DNA of 64,000 nt, from NCBI RefSeq assembly GCF_037042905.1, contig NC_087249.1, positions 40,176,001-40,240,000 of the forward strand, read 5' to 3'. The translations under genes and the position numbers were made by a program. The stretch's first letter is position 1. The number at the start of each line of letters is the position of its first letter. Below, piece after piece: positions 34,700 to 55,400 of the stretch. The notes beneath the pieces were generated by a model. That model had not been told where the DNA came from. It did not search any database and saw only the letters and a program-made list of their open reading frames with translations. This DNA comes from Lytechinus pictus (Eukaryota).

Positions 34700-35590
34700 A
34701 TTATATTGGTGACATAAATTGAGGAAACAGAATTGATATTGATGAAGAAATGTCAGAGAAGCATTTTTTGTGATTTATGAATAAATTTTGTATAAATAAG
34801 CATTAATCATTTCCTAATCCAACTTTCTAAATTCTGTGTAGAAACTTGATGAACCTCATGTATCTCTCAGATGGAACAAAAAAATCCAAAATCAGTCAAC
34901 AAATAAATAAGCATTTATTTGTGATTATGAATAAATTTTCGCATAAATTAGTGTAACTAATTTTCTAGTAAAAATGTCAAAATTTTGTGTACAAGTTTAG
35001 TGAACCTCATGCGGCTCTACCACATGGAAGTAAAAAATATCAAAATGATCGGTCAACAAATAAAAGAGACATTTTCTGTGATTTATGAATAAATTTTGCA
35101 AAAATTAGCAGAAATCACTTTCTACTCAAAATTTCAAAACTTGTGAACCTCATGAAGCTCTATCAGATGGAAGAAAAAAAATCAATATCGGTCAAAGTAC
35201 ATATCAAGAAGCAGCATTTTATGTGAATTTTGAAAACGCAACAATCAGCATAAACATTTTTCTGGTCAAAATTTCAAAATTCTGTTAAGTTTGATGAACC
35301 CCATGAAGCTGTACCAGATGGAAGCAAAAAAATCAAAATCAGTCATCAAATAAAGTAGCATTTTTTCGTGAATATTGAAAAAAAAAGTGCGCATAAATTA
35401 GCATATTTAATGAGTTTCAGAATTCTGTGTAGAAGTTTTGAATCCCCCACCAAGTGCTATCATTTAAAGCAAACAGAATTGAAATCGGACTTGAAATCAC
35501 GAAGAAGCATCTTGGAATTGTGGACGGATGACAGATGTACACCACGCCACGGCATAAGCTCATCTGGCCCTCCGGGCTGGATGAGCCAAC
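34700..35590 (+). repeat. degenerate ~150-bp tandem repeats ending in a GGAC/GACA tract and terminal hairpin (pearl/DINE-1-like layout)
   Basis: gtgatttatgaataaatttt...gaacctcatg...agatggaa unit seen ~5 times; hairpin gctcatctggccc-tcc-gggctggatgagc at 35558-35586. Confidence 0.6.
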
Positions 35591-37011
35591 AAAATTGTTT
35601 ATATTTTATTTATATATTAATTATGCAAATAAGCATATGAAATTTGCCCTAGATGTTTTTGCCTTAACTCATTTTACATAGCAAGTAGATTTTTGGGGGT
35701 GAAAATATAAATTCTTACATTTCCATCAAATATTTACAAAAAAATTGCCAAAATATAATTAATTTCCGATGTACTTTGTTTTAATTCTGATGTATTTCAT
35801 AAATTCTTAGTTTTTCAAACCCATTTTTATTAACTTTTTTGAGACCCTTTTGCAATCATTAACGGCATAAAATAAATCCATTTAACCCTAAAAGGACTGG
35901 GGGGCCATGATGGCCCCCCCTCAACGCTTCACGCGATATTTCTGAAACTACATTTTTTCTTCACTTAAAATTATACATCCACAGGTACAAATTTCAGTAT
36001 TTAGAGGGATGAAAAAGTATTGGGGTAGAAATAGAGTAAATTAACTGCAAGAGTCTAAAGAGACATTGTGTGTATTGGGAACAAAAAATTAATGTTATAA
36101 AACCTGCAGTTATTATTAGGCAACGGTTTAAAATAGGGGGGGAAAGGGTTTGCACCTCTGCATCCTTCTCATAGCAAGGTTTCTCAGTCTCGCTGCACAA
36201 GCGCAGAAAGTTACATGGCGAGTGGGGTATGGGCGAGATGTCTCAAAATCAACACCATGTGCATAGTCAATCGGATGTGATCTCGTCTCCGACAAGCCAT
36301 GCCTGAAAACATCATTCCATCTACATTTGAAATGGATGGTCAATATTGACCAAAGAGTCGACAGGTTATAAGGAGACAATTATGATTCCTTTTCTTTTCA
36401 CTTATGGAGGTAAAGTGGCAGTGGTTCTTATAGTCTATAATGTCCCATCTTTCCTGCCTTGGCTATCGGCTCGGAAAAAAATCCCCCGGACTTGCCCATG
36501 TCCTAGCCTGGGGATCATTTCTTCAACATTTTCGTCTGACATCTGTCCCTGATTTTGATTGGCTGAGAAGCAGTGTTACTACGGTAACTGTCTGATAAAA
36601 CGTAGTCCAGTCCTTTCATGAAAGGCTCCAAAGATCTTGCTCGACTCCCAACATTTATTGACAGCCCAAAGCTGCCTTTCATACACATGTACATGGTAAA
36701 AATGTCAACCTCACACACGGGTAAAAAACGGGAGAAACGCACAGCATACAAGTATCATGCTTCCACACCAATCACACTGGGGCAACACATAAAAATAAGA
36801 CAGGAACACATATAATCTTGATTTTTTACATTTTTTATTTTGCACGGTTCTTGCAAAGTGACATAGCTCGCTCACCGATGTATGGCAAACGGTAATTGGA
36901 CAAGTTTCTGTGAACAATGGCGGTTGGCGGTGAATGGTCAAGACTCTTTTCTCAGAAATGGTTTGGAATGGGACGACTGTGGGGTGTGTTCTCTGATGTT
37001 GAGTTGTGTGT

Positions 37012-45267
<8,256 letters not shown>

Positions 45268-45283
45268 AGTTAGGGAGCTTATC

Positions 45284-45293
45284 AAAGAGGAAG
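45284..45293 (-). promoter_or_regulatory. 5'TOP / TCT polypyrimidine initiator of RPS3A
   Basis: Minus strand CTTCCTCTTT 17-26 nt upstream of the ATG, typical of ribosomal-protein gene start sites. Confidence 0.8.
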
Positions 45294-45579
45294 TAGCCTG
45301 CGAAATGCATATTGGGATATGGCTTTTAATGCTGTTCGTTCAAAATCGGGAATGTGACAAATTCCGTTCCCCATCTCAGGACTAGGCTTTCTGTATGCAA
45401 AACATTAATAGATTTATTGAATAAGTTCAGATTGCTTTCTTTTTTAAATAGAAATATACAACTTAATAAATTATACAATTCATCTTCATTCTACGCAATT
45501 TACCACTGGCCAGGAGGACATGAAATATAATGAAATGTATCAAGCAGACGACGCATATTAATTGCAACATATTTTTCTT

Positions 45580-45601
45580 GAAAGAAAGAAAGAAAGAAGG
45601 G

Positions 45602-45634
<33 letters not shown>

Positions 45635-45812
45635 TGATAGATATAGCTATAGATAGATAAAAATAGATAGATAAATAAATAATTAAAAAGGAAGGAAGAA
45701 AGAAAGAAAGAAAGAAAGAAAAAAGAAATACTGAGAAAGATAGATATTTAGACAGAATCGAGAGAAAAGAAAGAGAAAAAAGAAAAAAGAAAGAATGAAA
45801 GAAATAAAGAAA
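45580..45812. repeat. (AGAA)n/(GATA)n microsatellite region
   Basis: Seen directly. Confidence 0.9.
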
Positions 45813-45962
45813 AATACTTTATTATTTATTTTCAAATGAAAATTTTATCTTTGCAAATATCATAGTCACAAACTTCAAATGAATAGATTGACATGGATAA
45901 AAAAATATATTTATTATCGAAATAGATAAATAAACGAAAAGAAAAATATAAGACCTGCATGG

Positions 45963-46106
45963 CAGGGGCTGCGGAACCGGGGGGGGGGGGCTTCAGCCCC
46001 CCCACTTTTTTCCAAAACCGTGTACAAAAACGTAAAAAATTACCATATGATTGTGATTTTTAGCATGGTCAGCCCCCCCACTTTGAAAACCGTTCCACGG
46101 CCCCTG
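45963..46106. mobile_element. short MITE; related copy at ~23505-23633
   Basis: caggggctgcggaac / gttccacggcccctg termini; CATGG on both sides. Confidence 0.65.
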
Positions 46107-46619
46107 CATGGGGCCTATCAACAAAGAAAAAAAGAGACACAAACTGGAGTATTTTAGCATTAGGAGCTTGGATTTTAAGAAAAAGAATGAAAACAGTGAC
46201 GGGAAAGAATGAAAATGCCCGGGTAAAAATGACAAAATAGGAAAGAAAATCGGACGGGTGTCAAGCCTGAGACAATGCAATCAAGGCCCTTTATATAACT
46301 AGATCGAAAGTACAATATCAATTTATTTCGGGTGAAAAAAAATGAAAGAAATTAAGATCGAGAGGCTCAATTAAAGAGAGATAAGGAAGAACCGTAAGAA
46401 AGAAAATTTTAAAAAAGAGGCCGCCGGGCTTTTAAAAATGTATAGTCTAGCTCCGGCCGGCTTAAAGGGATTGGCCGGGCTGAAAATATTGATATCTACC
46501 CTGATAGCAGACACGGTCGTAATGACGTCATTAACTGATCGTAAAGTGGTAATACTCGTCATGTCGTCGTATTTATGACGTTCTTACGACGTTATTTTGA
46601 CGACTTAGAATGGCAACTT

Positions 46620-46985
46620 TCATTTGCATTTTTATTTGACCAGATTATGACGTGATTTCGACGTCATTTACTGACCAATTTACGACAAGTAAATTTGCTC
46701 GCTTATATGACCAGATTATGATGTGATTACGACGTCATTTACTGACCAATTTACGACAAGTAAATTTGCTTTCTTATATGACCAGATTATTACGTGATTA
46801 CGACGTCATTTATCGACCAATCTGCAACAAATGAATTTGCATTTTTATATGACCACATTATGACGTGATTATGACATCATTTATTTACCAAACAACGACA
46901 AAGAAATTTGCGTTTTCATATGACCACATTACGACGTGATTATGACATCAAATTTTACCAATCAACGACGAGGAAATTTACAAGT
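46620..46985. repeat. 71-bp tandem repeat, ~5 copies, rich in TGACGT/GACGTCA
   Basis: tgacca(g/c)atta recurs at 46637, 46708, 46779, 46850, 46921. Confidence 0.9.
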
Positions 46986-47379
46986 TTAATTTCAAAGCCA
47001 CATACTATTTTGCCATTTTGTCAACCTTGCCATGTTAGCAAGGCTATTTCTACTTATAAAAGGAAAAGTAAAACTAAAAAAAAATAGTACAGAATTTTTT
47101 TTATTTTAGGTAATTAAGTATATAATTCTTCAAAGAAAAAAAGTTTCAAAAGCAGTGGCAAAAATAATCAACCAAACCAAACCAAACAAGAGGAAGCTTT
47201 ATATGTCAAAGAAGTTTGTATCTATTTTAAAACTTTTTTTTCGCAAGTGGTGTCATGCCCCGGTGTCATGCAAACCCCCTATCTAGTTAGCTCACACCCC
47301 CCCTCCCCCATGCACGCCCCCCGGGCTCACCCCCTATAAAAAATTCATGATCCGCAGAATTAATTCGCCGCCGGGCGTC

Positions 47380-47605
47380 GAGCCTGCGCATGCGCGCTGC
47401 ACTGCATGCAACTGGCGCAGTCGCAACGTTTAATTTGAAAAAGGAATGCGCCCGTTTTTCGCCGTTAAATGTTGCAGCCCTAATTTTGGATCGAGAATTA
47501 AGTGCGACGAAGATGGCCGTTAATAATAGTTCTACTACTTTAAGAACACGGTTCACGGTTTGGATAACGACTTCGAAGGCATTCGCAGGAGACCAAACAG
47601 TAAGT
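47380..47605 (+). promoter_or_regulatory. CpG-rich promoter-like segment with a candidate first exon
   Basis: NRF1-like TGCGCATGCGC (~47385), YY1-like AAGATGGCC (47510), strong donor ACA|GTAAGT at 47599/47600; no downstream exon identified. Confidence 0.4.
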
Positions 47606-47816
47606 TAGATAACCATCTTCTAAGATTTTCTTTTCGGAGCGCGGCTTGCCTTTGGCTTTAGATTTCGTGCACTGACACTGCCCGGCCGGGGTGGCTGCCC
47701 CGACCGCCGGCATGCTGAATTGGACAGGCTGCGCTGGTGGGCTCAGGGCCCAAGTACAGTCTGCACAGACACAGTGCACACTGTTGTAGTAAGTCACCCC
47801 ACCCGGCCCCCATATA

Positions 47817-50800
47817 CCGTATACCGACCAGAACTCGAACACCTGGCTCAACTGCCAGCGGCTGCGTCAGTGCGCCTTTCATTGCCAGCGCAAACGCGTA
47901 TCGGGGAATGACAATACGCAACGGGGCTACTGCCGGGTAGGCCACGATCGTGCCTTTGCAAACATGCGCGATAAGCATCGAAAACGATAATTAAACTTGG
48001 CAAAAACTAGTCTTTTTACTTCACAATTTGAGTAGCGGTTGATCTTATTCACGATTTTCTACGGGGTGCCCGTAATCAGTATTTTTACGGAAATTTCACC
48101 TTTTTAATAAAATTGGAAGAAGTTGACCAAAAAATATACAATATTCCGAAAGTGCTTCTTACGTCGGCTCGGTGTTCTTCAGGGCATCTCGTAATTACGG
48201 ATAATTTTCGTTTCAGAAGGGGAAAAAGATGACACCAACATGACAATTTTTTCATGCCAGAACTCGAACACCCCGATTTATTGATATTTGCACTTCAACA
48301 CGTAATTAATTAATGGTAGACTAGTCTTTATCAAGCATTAATTATGATCTCTTTTCTTTTGATATCAATTTGTTTTCTTTTATTTTTTGACCAAATGCTT
48401 TTTTCTTGTGTGTTAATTTGCCCATTATAATACACATATTTTATTATTTATTTAGTCTTTTTTTTTTTGGGGGGGGGGTGGCAAATACTAAGGATTTAAA
48501 ATGACCTTACATTTTGGGTGAACCCCCCCTTTTTTTTTGCTTGTAAAATTTTTCTGTTAAAATAACATTACATTTTGGGTGATAACACTTTTTTTTTTTG
48601 CTTGCCATTTTTTTTTAAATGACCTTACATTATACTTTTGGTGATGACCTTTTTTTTTGGGGGGGGGGTTGTTAATTTTTTTTTGGGGGGGGGTTAAAAA
48701 GGCCTTACATTTAGGGTGATAACCTTTTTTTTTCTTTGCTTGTCATTTTTTTAATGACCTTACATTATATTTTGGGGGATTTTTTTTTTTTTTTGGGGGG
48801 GGGGTTGTTAATTTTTGGGGGGTTAAAAAGACCTAACATTTTGGGTGATAACCTTTTTTTTGGGGGGGGGGTCAGGTCCCCCTACCTTTGGGGACAGATT
48901 TACGCCCATGTCAAATCTTTCTGTTAAAAGTACCTTAATTACATTTTGAGTGATCTTTTTTTTTTTTTTGCTTGCCATTTTTTTTAAAATGACCTTACAT
49001 TATACTTTTGGTGATAACCTTTTTTTTTTTGGGGGGGGGGGTTGTTAAATTTTTTGTTGGGGGGGGGGTTGTTAAATTTTTTGTTGGGGGGGTTAAAAAG
49101 ACCTTACATTTTGGGTGATAACCTTTTTTTTCTTTGCTTGTCATTTTTTTTAATGACCTTACATTATATTTTGGGTGATTTTTTTTTGGGGGGGTTGTTA
49201 ATTTTTTTTTTTTTGGGGGGGGTCAGGTCCCCCTACCTTTGGGGACAGATTTACGCCCGTGGGAGGGTTTCCTTTTTATTATAATTTTTCAACCGTTTCC
49301 TTTTATTTATTTTTGTATAGATCGGGTGATTTTTTATCCTTCATATACAGACCTTTTTGGTCAGAATACCCCTATTTTTCATTTTTAATATTTCTTTATT
49401 GGGCGATTCTCCCTAATATTAAATTATTTTGATCCAATATCTAATTTTGGTCATATATCGAGAACCACCCCACGGATCCTTGAGACCTTGACTATGATTG
49501 ATATATAATTTCATCTACATGTTGCTATTGTTGTCATCATTATCATTGTGACATTACTTTTGTCATTACTATATATTAAAATTATAATCATTATCTCGAA
49601 CATTCTTACCTTTTTCTGTGATGGTATGGCCAGGACCGAATCCATTTTTTTCTTTCTCTACATTCTAGGCTGGGTATTTTGCTCACTGTGGGCATGCAGG
49701 CTATGTATGAACAGTATATCCAGGTTTGTATGCAACGGCAGCACCAAGATTTTGACTAGGAGGCAAGTGGGGGGGGGGGGGTTGGTTTCAAAGATATATT
49801 TGGGGCCAAGTTTGGCAAAAGCACATTACAATTTACTAAACACGTTTTTCCAGGTTTATTTATTTTAAATTATCAGGGGACAACTGGGGAATGCCCCATA
49901 ATGCCACCCCCCTTGCAACCACTTTTAATTTGTATGCCATGGACAATGCCCTATTTTGATGGAATGAAGATTTTAATATTAACTATTTCTAAAAATTACA
50001 GGACTAATAACTCAACTAATACATGTTCTCTTAAGCTCCTTTTCTTATTTCCCTTTTTTTCCTCATTTTATCCCTTTATTCTATCAGGGGGTAATTGTTA
50101 TTTTCACAGCCACGACTCATTGAACCCCCCCCCCCCCCCCCGTTGTATACTTTCCTGCACTTTTATAACATGATATTCTCTCTTTCTCTCCTATACTATA
50201 GAGGTGGATTTATTGTCATATTTACAAGAAGATCTGTAGGCCTACCAAGTCCATAAAGATGTCTTCTGTGGATAGGCTATACCTAGCCATCAATGTTCTA
50301 TGCGGTTATACATATACTTTGAAATGTAGAAAAAGATGCTTTTACTGTTAATATGGAAAGTTTATTTGTTTTTAATGAACAGTTTCACAGTGATCATATG
50401 ATTAATAATGCTTTCACTGTTTCACAACTGAGACTGATTGAAAGATGAACGCAAAAGATTTTGAATTGAAAAAGACTACATCATTCATACTCATTGTGCT
50501 TTTTATTGCATAGTATATAAGCGATACAATTATGATTTTGATTTTGCTAATCCATAAATGATTGGTCTCAAAATAAATATGTTTCATTTATGATTACAGC
50601 ATTTCATCATTGTAGAAATATTTATTCTGCTTAATTAATAAGTATAAGATACAGAATGGATCAAGAATAAAAATAAGGGCTGCAGTGATCAAGGAAAAAA
50701 AATGTCTACTGAAATGATGCATGACAGGCAATAATTTTCCTGGTATCGCATCGCAATTTGCTCCACACTTTTTAAAGACTGCTACGCATAAATTCTTTCG

Positions 50801-52453
50801 TAAAGCATATTTTTACATATAGGACTGTACATTACTTAGTTGAGAGCTAAATTATGACCAAAATGCTATTCGAATATGTAAGCAAAATTATTCCCTGCAT
50901 GATATAACAATTACTTTTATTTGGTTGTCTCATCTTTCTTTCTTTAAAAAAAATGATTGACAGTCTATGATCACTAAAAACAATTTTTAAATCTCATTTT
51001 GGGACATGATAAATGTCTTTGTGTTATTATATTATAATTAATGCATTAATGCTCATAAGTAATTTATTGAAGTTGATGAAACCATTAAAAGTGCTTTATG
51101 AATATATTTTATGATTTTTTTATATTTATAATTCATTTATTCATTTTTATTTTTATTTATTTATTTATTTAAGTTGATAAAACAAATAAAAATTACTTAT
51201 GATCTTTTTCAATTTTGTGTATTTATTTATTCATTTTTTTATTTACTATTACATGTATTTTTTATTTAGTTATTGTATTTATTGTATAGTTTCTGTTATG
51301 TTTTTGGAGATAAAGGAATCGATAATAAGGCAAGAGTGATCGATATATATATCATCAGTAAGTTATATTTTATTATGCAATCGGAATTGAGCGCCCATGC
51401 AGAGTGTGCTAAGGTAAGTGGTAAACTTCTATTTCGCACTTCTTTAGATGAACCAAGAAACCTGCAATAAAACACAGAAATCAAGTACCGGTAAGTGATA
51501 TATGGAAATCAATAAATCAATAATGTTAAATCTCAATATGAATATAAAAAAAAAAAACCTGAAATACTCCTACTTGCCTCAATAAAAGTAGCGAGACAAC
51601 AGACATGCATTGTGGTTATATCCTCCAAAATATATTCCCTACATGAATTACTCCATGAAATAAGTTCATATACTGGCAGAGAGAAATTATACCAATGTGA
51701 TAATAAGTAATAATAACACAAATGATATAGGCCCATATGAAAGAAGATGCCAATGATGGTGATGATATTGATAACATTGATTAATGACAATTATGAAAAT
51801 GACAATAGATATAAAAATATAATAAATCAATAACAATATTAATAATTTTATAAGTCATAGAAGAATAGTAATTGAGAGGAATACATAAAAAAGCTATTGC
51901 AAATAAATGTATCCATTCTCATTTTTCTAAATAAACAAATTAGAAAATCTATATGCACAAAACTCAAAATAAAAGTAAGTGATATGACTGAAATTATTCT
52001 AAAATTGAAATATAAATTAAATGTAGCAGAAACTCATTCAAACAATGAAATTTATGATTTAATGTATAAATAGTTGAAGAAATTAAAAAATAACTACATG
52101 GAAATAGATAAAGAGGTGAATTAAGTCAATAAACAATGAATTAACAACAAACCAATCATTTAATTATCACAGAGCGAGGGGGATATGATCGCGCGATCAT
52201 CAACAGGCAAATTGTATTGCGCCATCTGGTGTTCGAATTCTGGCATGTGGTGTACGAATTCTGGCAGGCTCGAAGCCTTCGGCGATCGCCGCGCCACCCG
52301 AAACTTTCCCCAGAAAATCCAAATCGGACGGCACCTACGGAAAGCTTAGAATTTCGGCTACATCGCAAGCCCAAGAATGTAAGCCAGAAACACCGTAAAT
52401 ACATTTTATGCGACCTTTATTGAAAAGGTGTACGAGTTCTGGCGGTTATACGG
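47817..52453. mobile_element. 4.6-kb non-autonomous TA-flanked (Tc1/mariner/pogo-like) element
   Basis: TA|CCGTATACCGACCAGAACTCGAACACCT ... AGGTGTACGAGTTCTGGCGGTTATACGG|TA; motif AGAAYTCGWACACC repeated subterminally (48259; inverted at 52228, 52249); no transposase ORF. Confidence 0.8.
48460..49262. repeat. polyT/polyG-rich internally duplicated repeat (~350-bp duplication)
   Basis: ggtcaggtccccctacctttggg...acagatttacgccc at ~48870 and ~49221; repeated acattttgggtgataacc. Confidence 0.75.
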
Positions 52454-55400
52454 TAGGTCTTCCACCGGGAGATGGCGCTGGACCCCTTTTAGCAAGGCCC
52501 TATATAAACAAGGTTGCGATAACAGGGGTCAAAGGTCAAATTTGAAGGATCTCGAATAGTTCCAACCGGGCCTTTTTGTCGACTGCTACCATTGGAAATG
52601 CGTGTAAAATTTTGAATAATTTTTTATAATTATATCGGAAATCGACGTTAAGAATTTATTTTCACACTGCACATCCATATCAATATATTAGCGGCCACCT
52701 AAATTTATCAAATTTGTACAATCTTATAACAAAAATCGTGAAATATCGTTGATTTGAAAAATGGCAACCGAGTTCGTCGCAAGCCGCAAATGCTCACTGC
52801 TGCTGGTAGCGAGCGGGACGCTGCACTAATTTTCCCCGGAACTGTCGGGCTGGATGTAAGGTTCTGCTGGCCCCCACGGGTCGTTTGGAGAGCGAGAGGT
52901 GAGTATGTACCGGAATGTCATGTGGTGCCATAAATACTAGTTTCATGTCCTAAATTCTTATTGTAGATTTTTTGCCGTAGTAAATTTAGCTGAATTTGAT
53001 TTTTTTTTACCAGAGCACTCAAAAACATGAATGATTTGAGCATATCTTTGTGCCTGTCTTTAGTTTGAGTTTGACTGAGTGGGCCCCTTAATCATTAATT
53101 AGGCCTAATTATTTATTTATTTTTGATTTCTGATATTTAAATAGGCCACAGGGCGGCACATATCATCAACTTGGTGGTTTTCCATGTGGCCCTATTAACA
53201 AAAAAGTACAGCAAAAAGTGTTACTAGATCTATTAATAATACCAAATAGATCTAACGTTAGATCTACAGTACATGCAGCTGCAGTGAGTTAAAATAAACA
53301 TGACAAAATGTAGGCAAAAAATGTATGCGAACATGTTATAGGAAAGATGATTGGTATCCTTAATTGGGAATTATGTTCATTTAATATTAAAATCAACTAT
53401 GACAATTCGAATCAATCCTGTGAATTTAGATTTTGAAGATGAAACATATATTGCCTATTAATTGATGGAAAGAGAGATAAGTGCTGTGCAGAATGCAGAT
53501 ATTCAATTCTACTAACCTTATTTTTATTAAGAACAAAATTAATTTCAAGAATTCAATTTATTTTGGGGGCTTGGGGCCAATGCATAAAGTGAATTTACAA
53601 CCAGGACTGTACCAAATAGTGAAGTGCTTTATCCAGTTTAGATCAAAAGAACATAAAAAAAAAGAAAGTAAATAAATATTTATTCATTTCAATCACCACA
53701 CAGCACAAGATTTACTAAATGAGGATAACGTTAGGTTACTTATATCATAAAATTTTACATTGGATAAGTGGTCTTGTCAGTTGTCACCAGAATAAGGCTA
53801 GTGCTAGTTTCCCCTTATATTCCTATCGCTACAGAATTTTTCATAGCGTTCTTAATATTTCTACCCTTTATGCCCTGTAAAAACATACCATGGTGTTCTT
53901 TGGATTTTATACCATTTCAATGCCTTACATACATGTACCTCGTTGCTCTCGAGATCAACATGCTTTATTTTATTTTCATATATGATACAGGCCAGGGTTA
54001 TCCTTATAGTTGCCACCGTGATGTAAAACTATTCCGAAGGAAAGTGAAATACCCAAGTAGGCCTAGTACAGTACTAGACCAAAAGCTTTAGTATCTGTAT
54101 TTGGTTGTTTTGCTGAACTGTGTTGGCTTCTCTCACTTAGTAAAATGTAAGAAATTGTTAAATAAATCCCTAGAAATGGTTATTCCTGTCTAGCTTAGTA
54201 CCAATTTGGCTATAAACTCTTTGTTGTGTACTGGGTGAGTTCAATTCTCACGAGGCATATTCGAACATCATTGACCACCAAGTCTATGATAACCCTAAAT
54301 GCTTTCATGGTGTCAGTACATGGACAAATGAGTTTAGTAATCCAGTTGGTTTGCATGTAGCTTCCCTTTTTTTTTTTAAATATTACTTTCATTTCTGCAC
54401 TGCCAATACTTTGCACATTTTCTAGACCAAAAATCTTCAATCTCTGTACCATCTCAGATGTTGTTCTGGAAGTTTCCATGGCAAAAAAGAATAGTGTAGC
54501 AAAAAACATCTGAGATAGTGTAGTAGGTTTCATGGTCATCATGTATCTTTCTTGGGCAAATGTTGGTCCTGAAAAGGACCACCCAATCTTGACGTTGCGA
54601 CAAGTGTGTTCTTGTCGTCCTACTCATGCCTTGTGTACTGAAAGCCCTCTCGCTCAGACAGCAAGTATTGTATGTGCTAGTCCTTACGTGGAGCCACACT
54701 TAGAACAAGTTTCATTCGGTCTGTGCCTGCAGACTAAACTAATGTGGCCATGGCACCTCCTCACCCATCCAATGCCATATAAAGTTCATATTGGCATTAA
54801 AATGTATTTGCTTAATAAAACAACCTCTTTACAACTATCTAAATTAACGCATGATCCAACTATATTATCATTACATGTACACTAAATATGAAATAAAAGA
54901 AACAATAGGTAGAGAGTGAGAGATTGACCCTCATTTTATGCTGTTGCCACCAATGAAAGTTCTTAATTTAAATTTGGAACTTAATGAGAGTCGAACTCAT
55001 CCAACATTGCACAAAATGCGGTCAGAAGACAGGCGTAATGATACATGATGAAAGATTTAAAGGAGAACATTTCAAGGAAATAAGAAAGATTGACTGCACA
55101 ATGTAGCCCTACATGTATGTAATATAATCACATCTTATTACAATCATGATGAAAATCAAACAATCATACTTACACAGCTTACTGGCTTATCCATTAGTTC
55201 CTCTCATCCAAAACAGATCAATCGGCAGCAATTACATGTAGGGCCTATTTTATTTTCCACAATCAAATTGAAAAAAAAAATCTACATTTAGATCTAACTT
55301 AGATAAGTTTGGTGCATCAATGATTATCTTGTCAACTAAGCACGTATTATCATTGGCTTTTGTAATTACTTAGTTATCAAACCATACATATCAACAGAGT

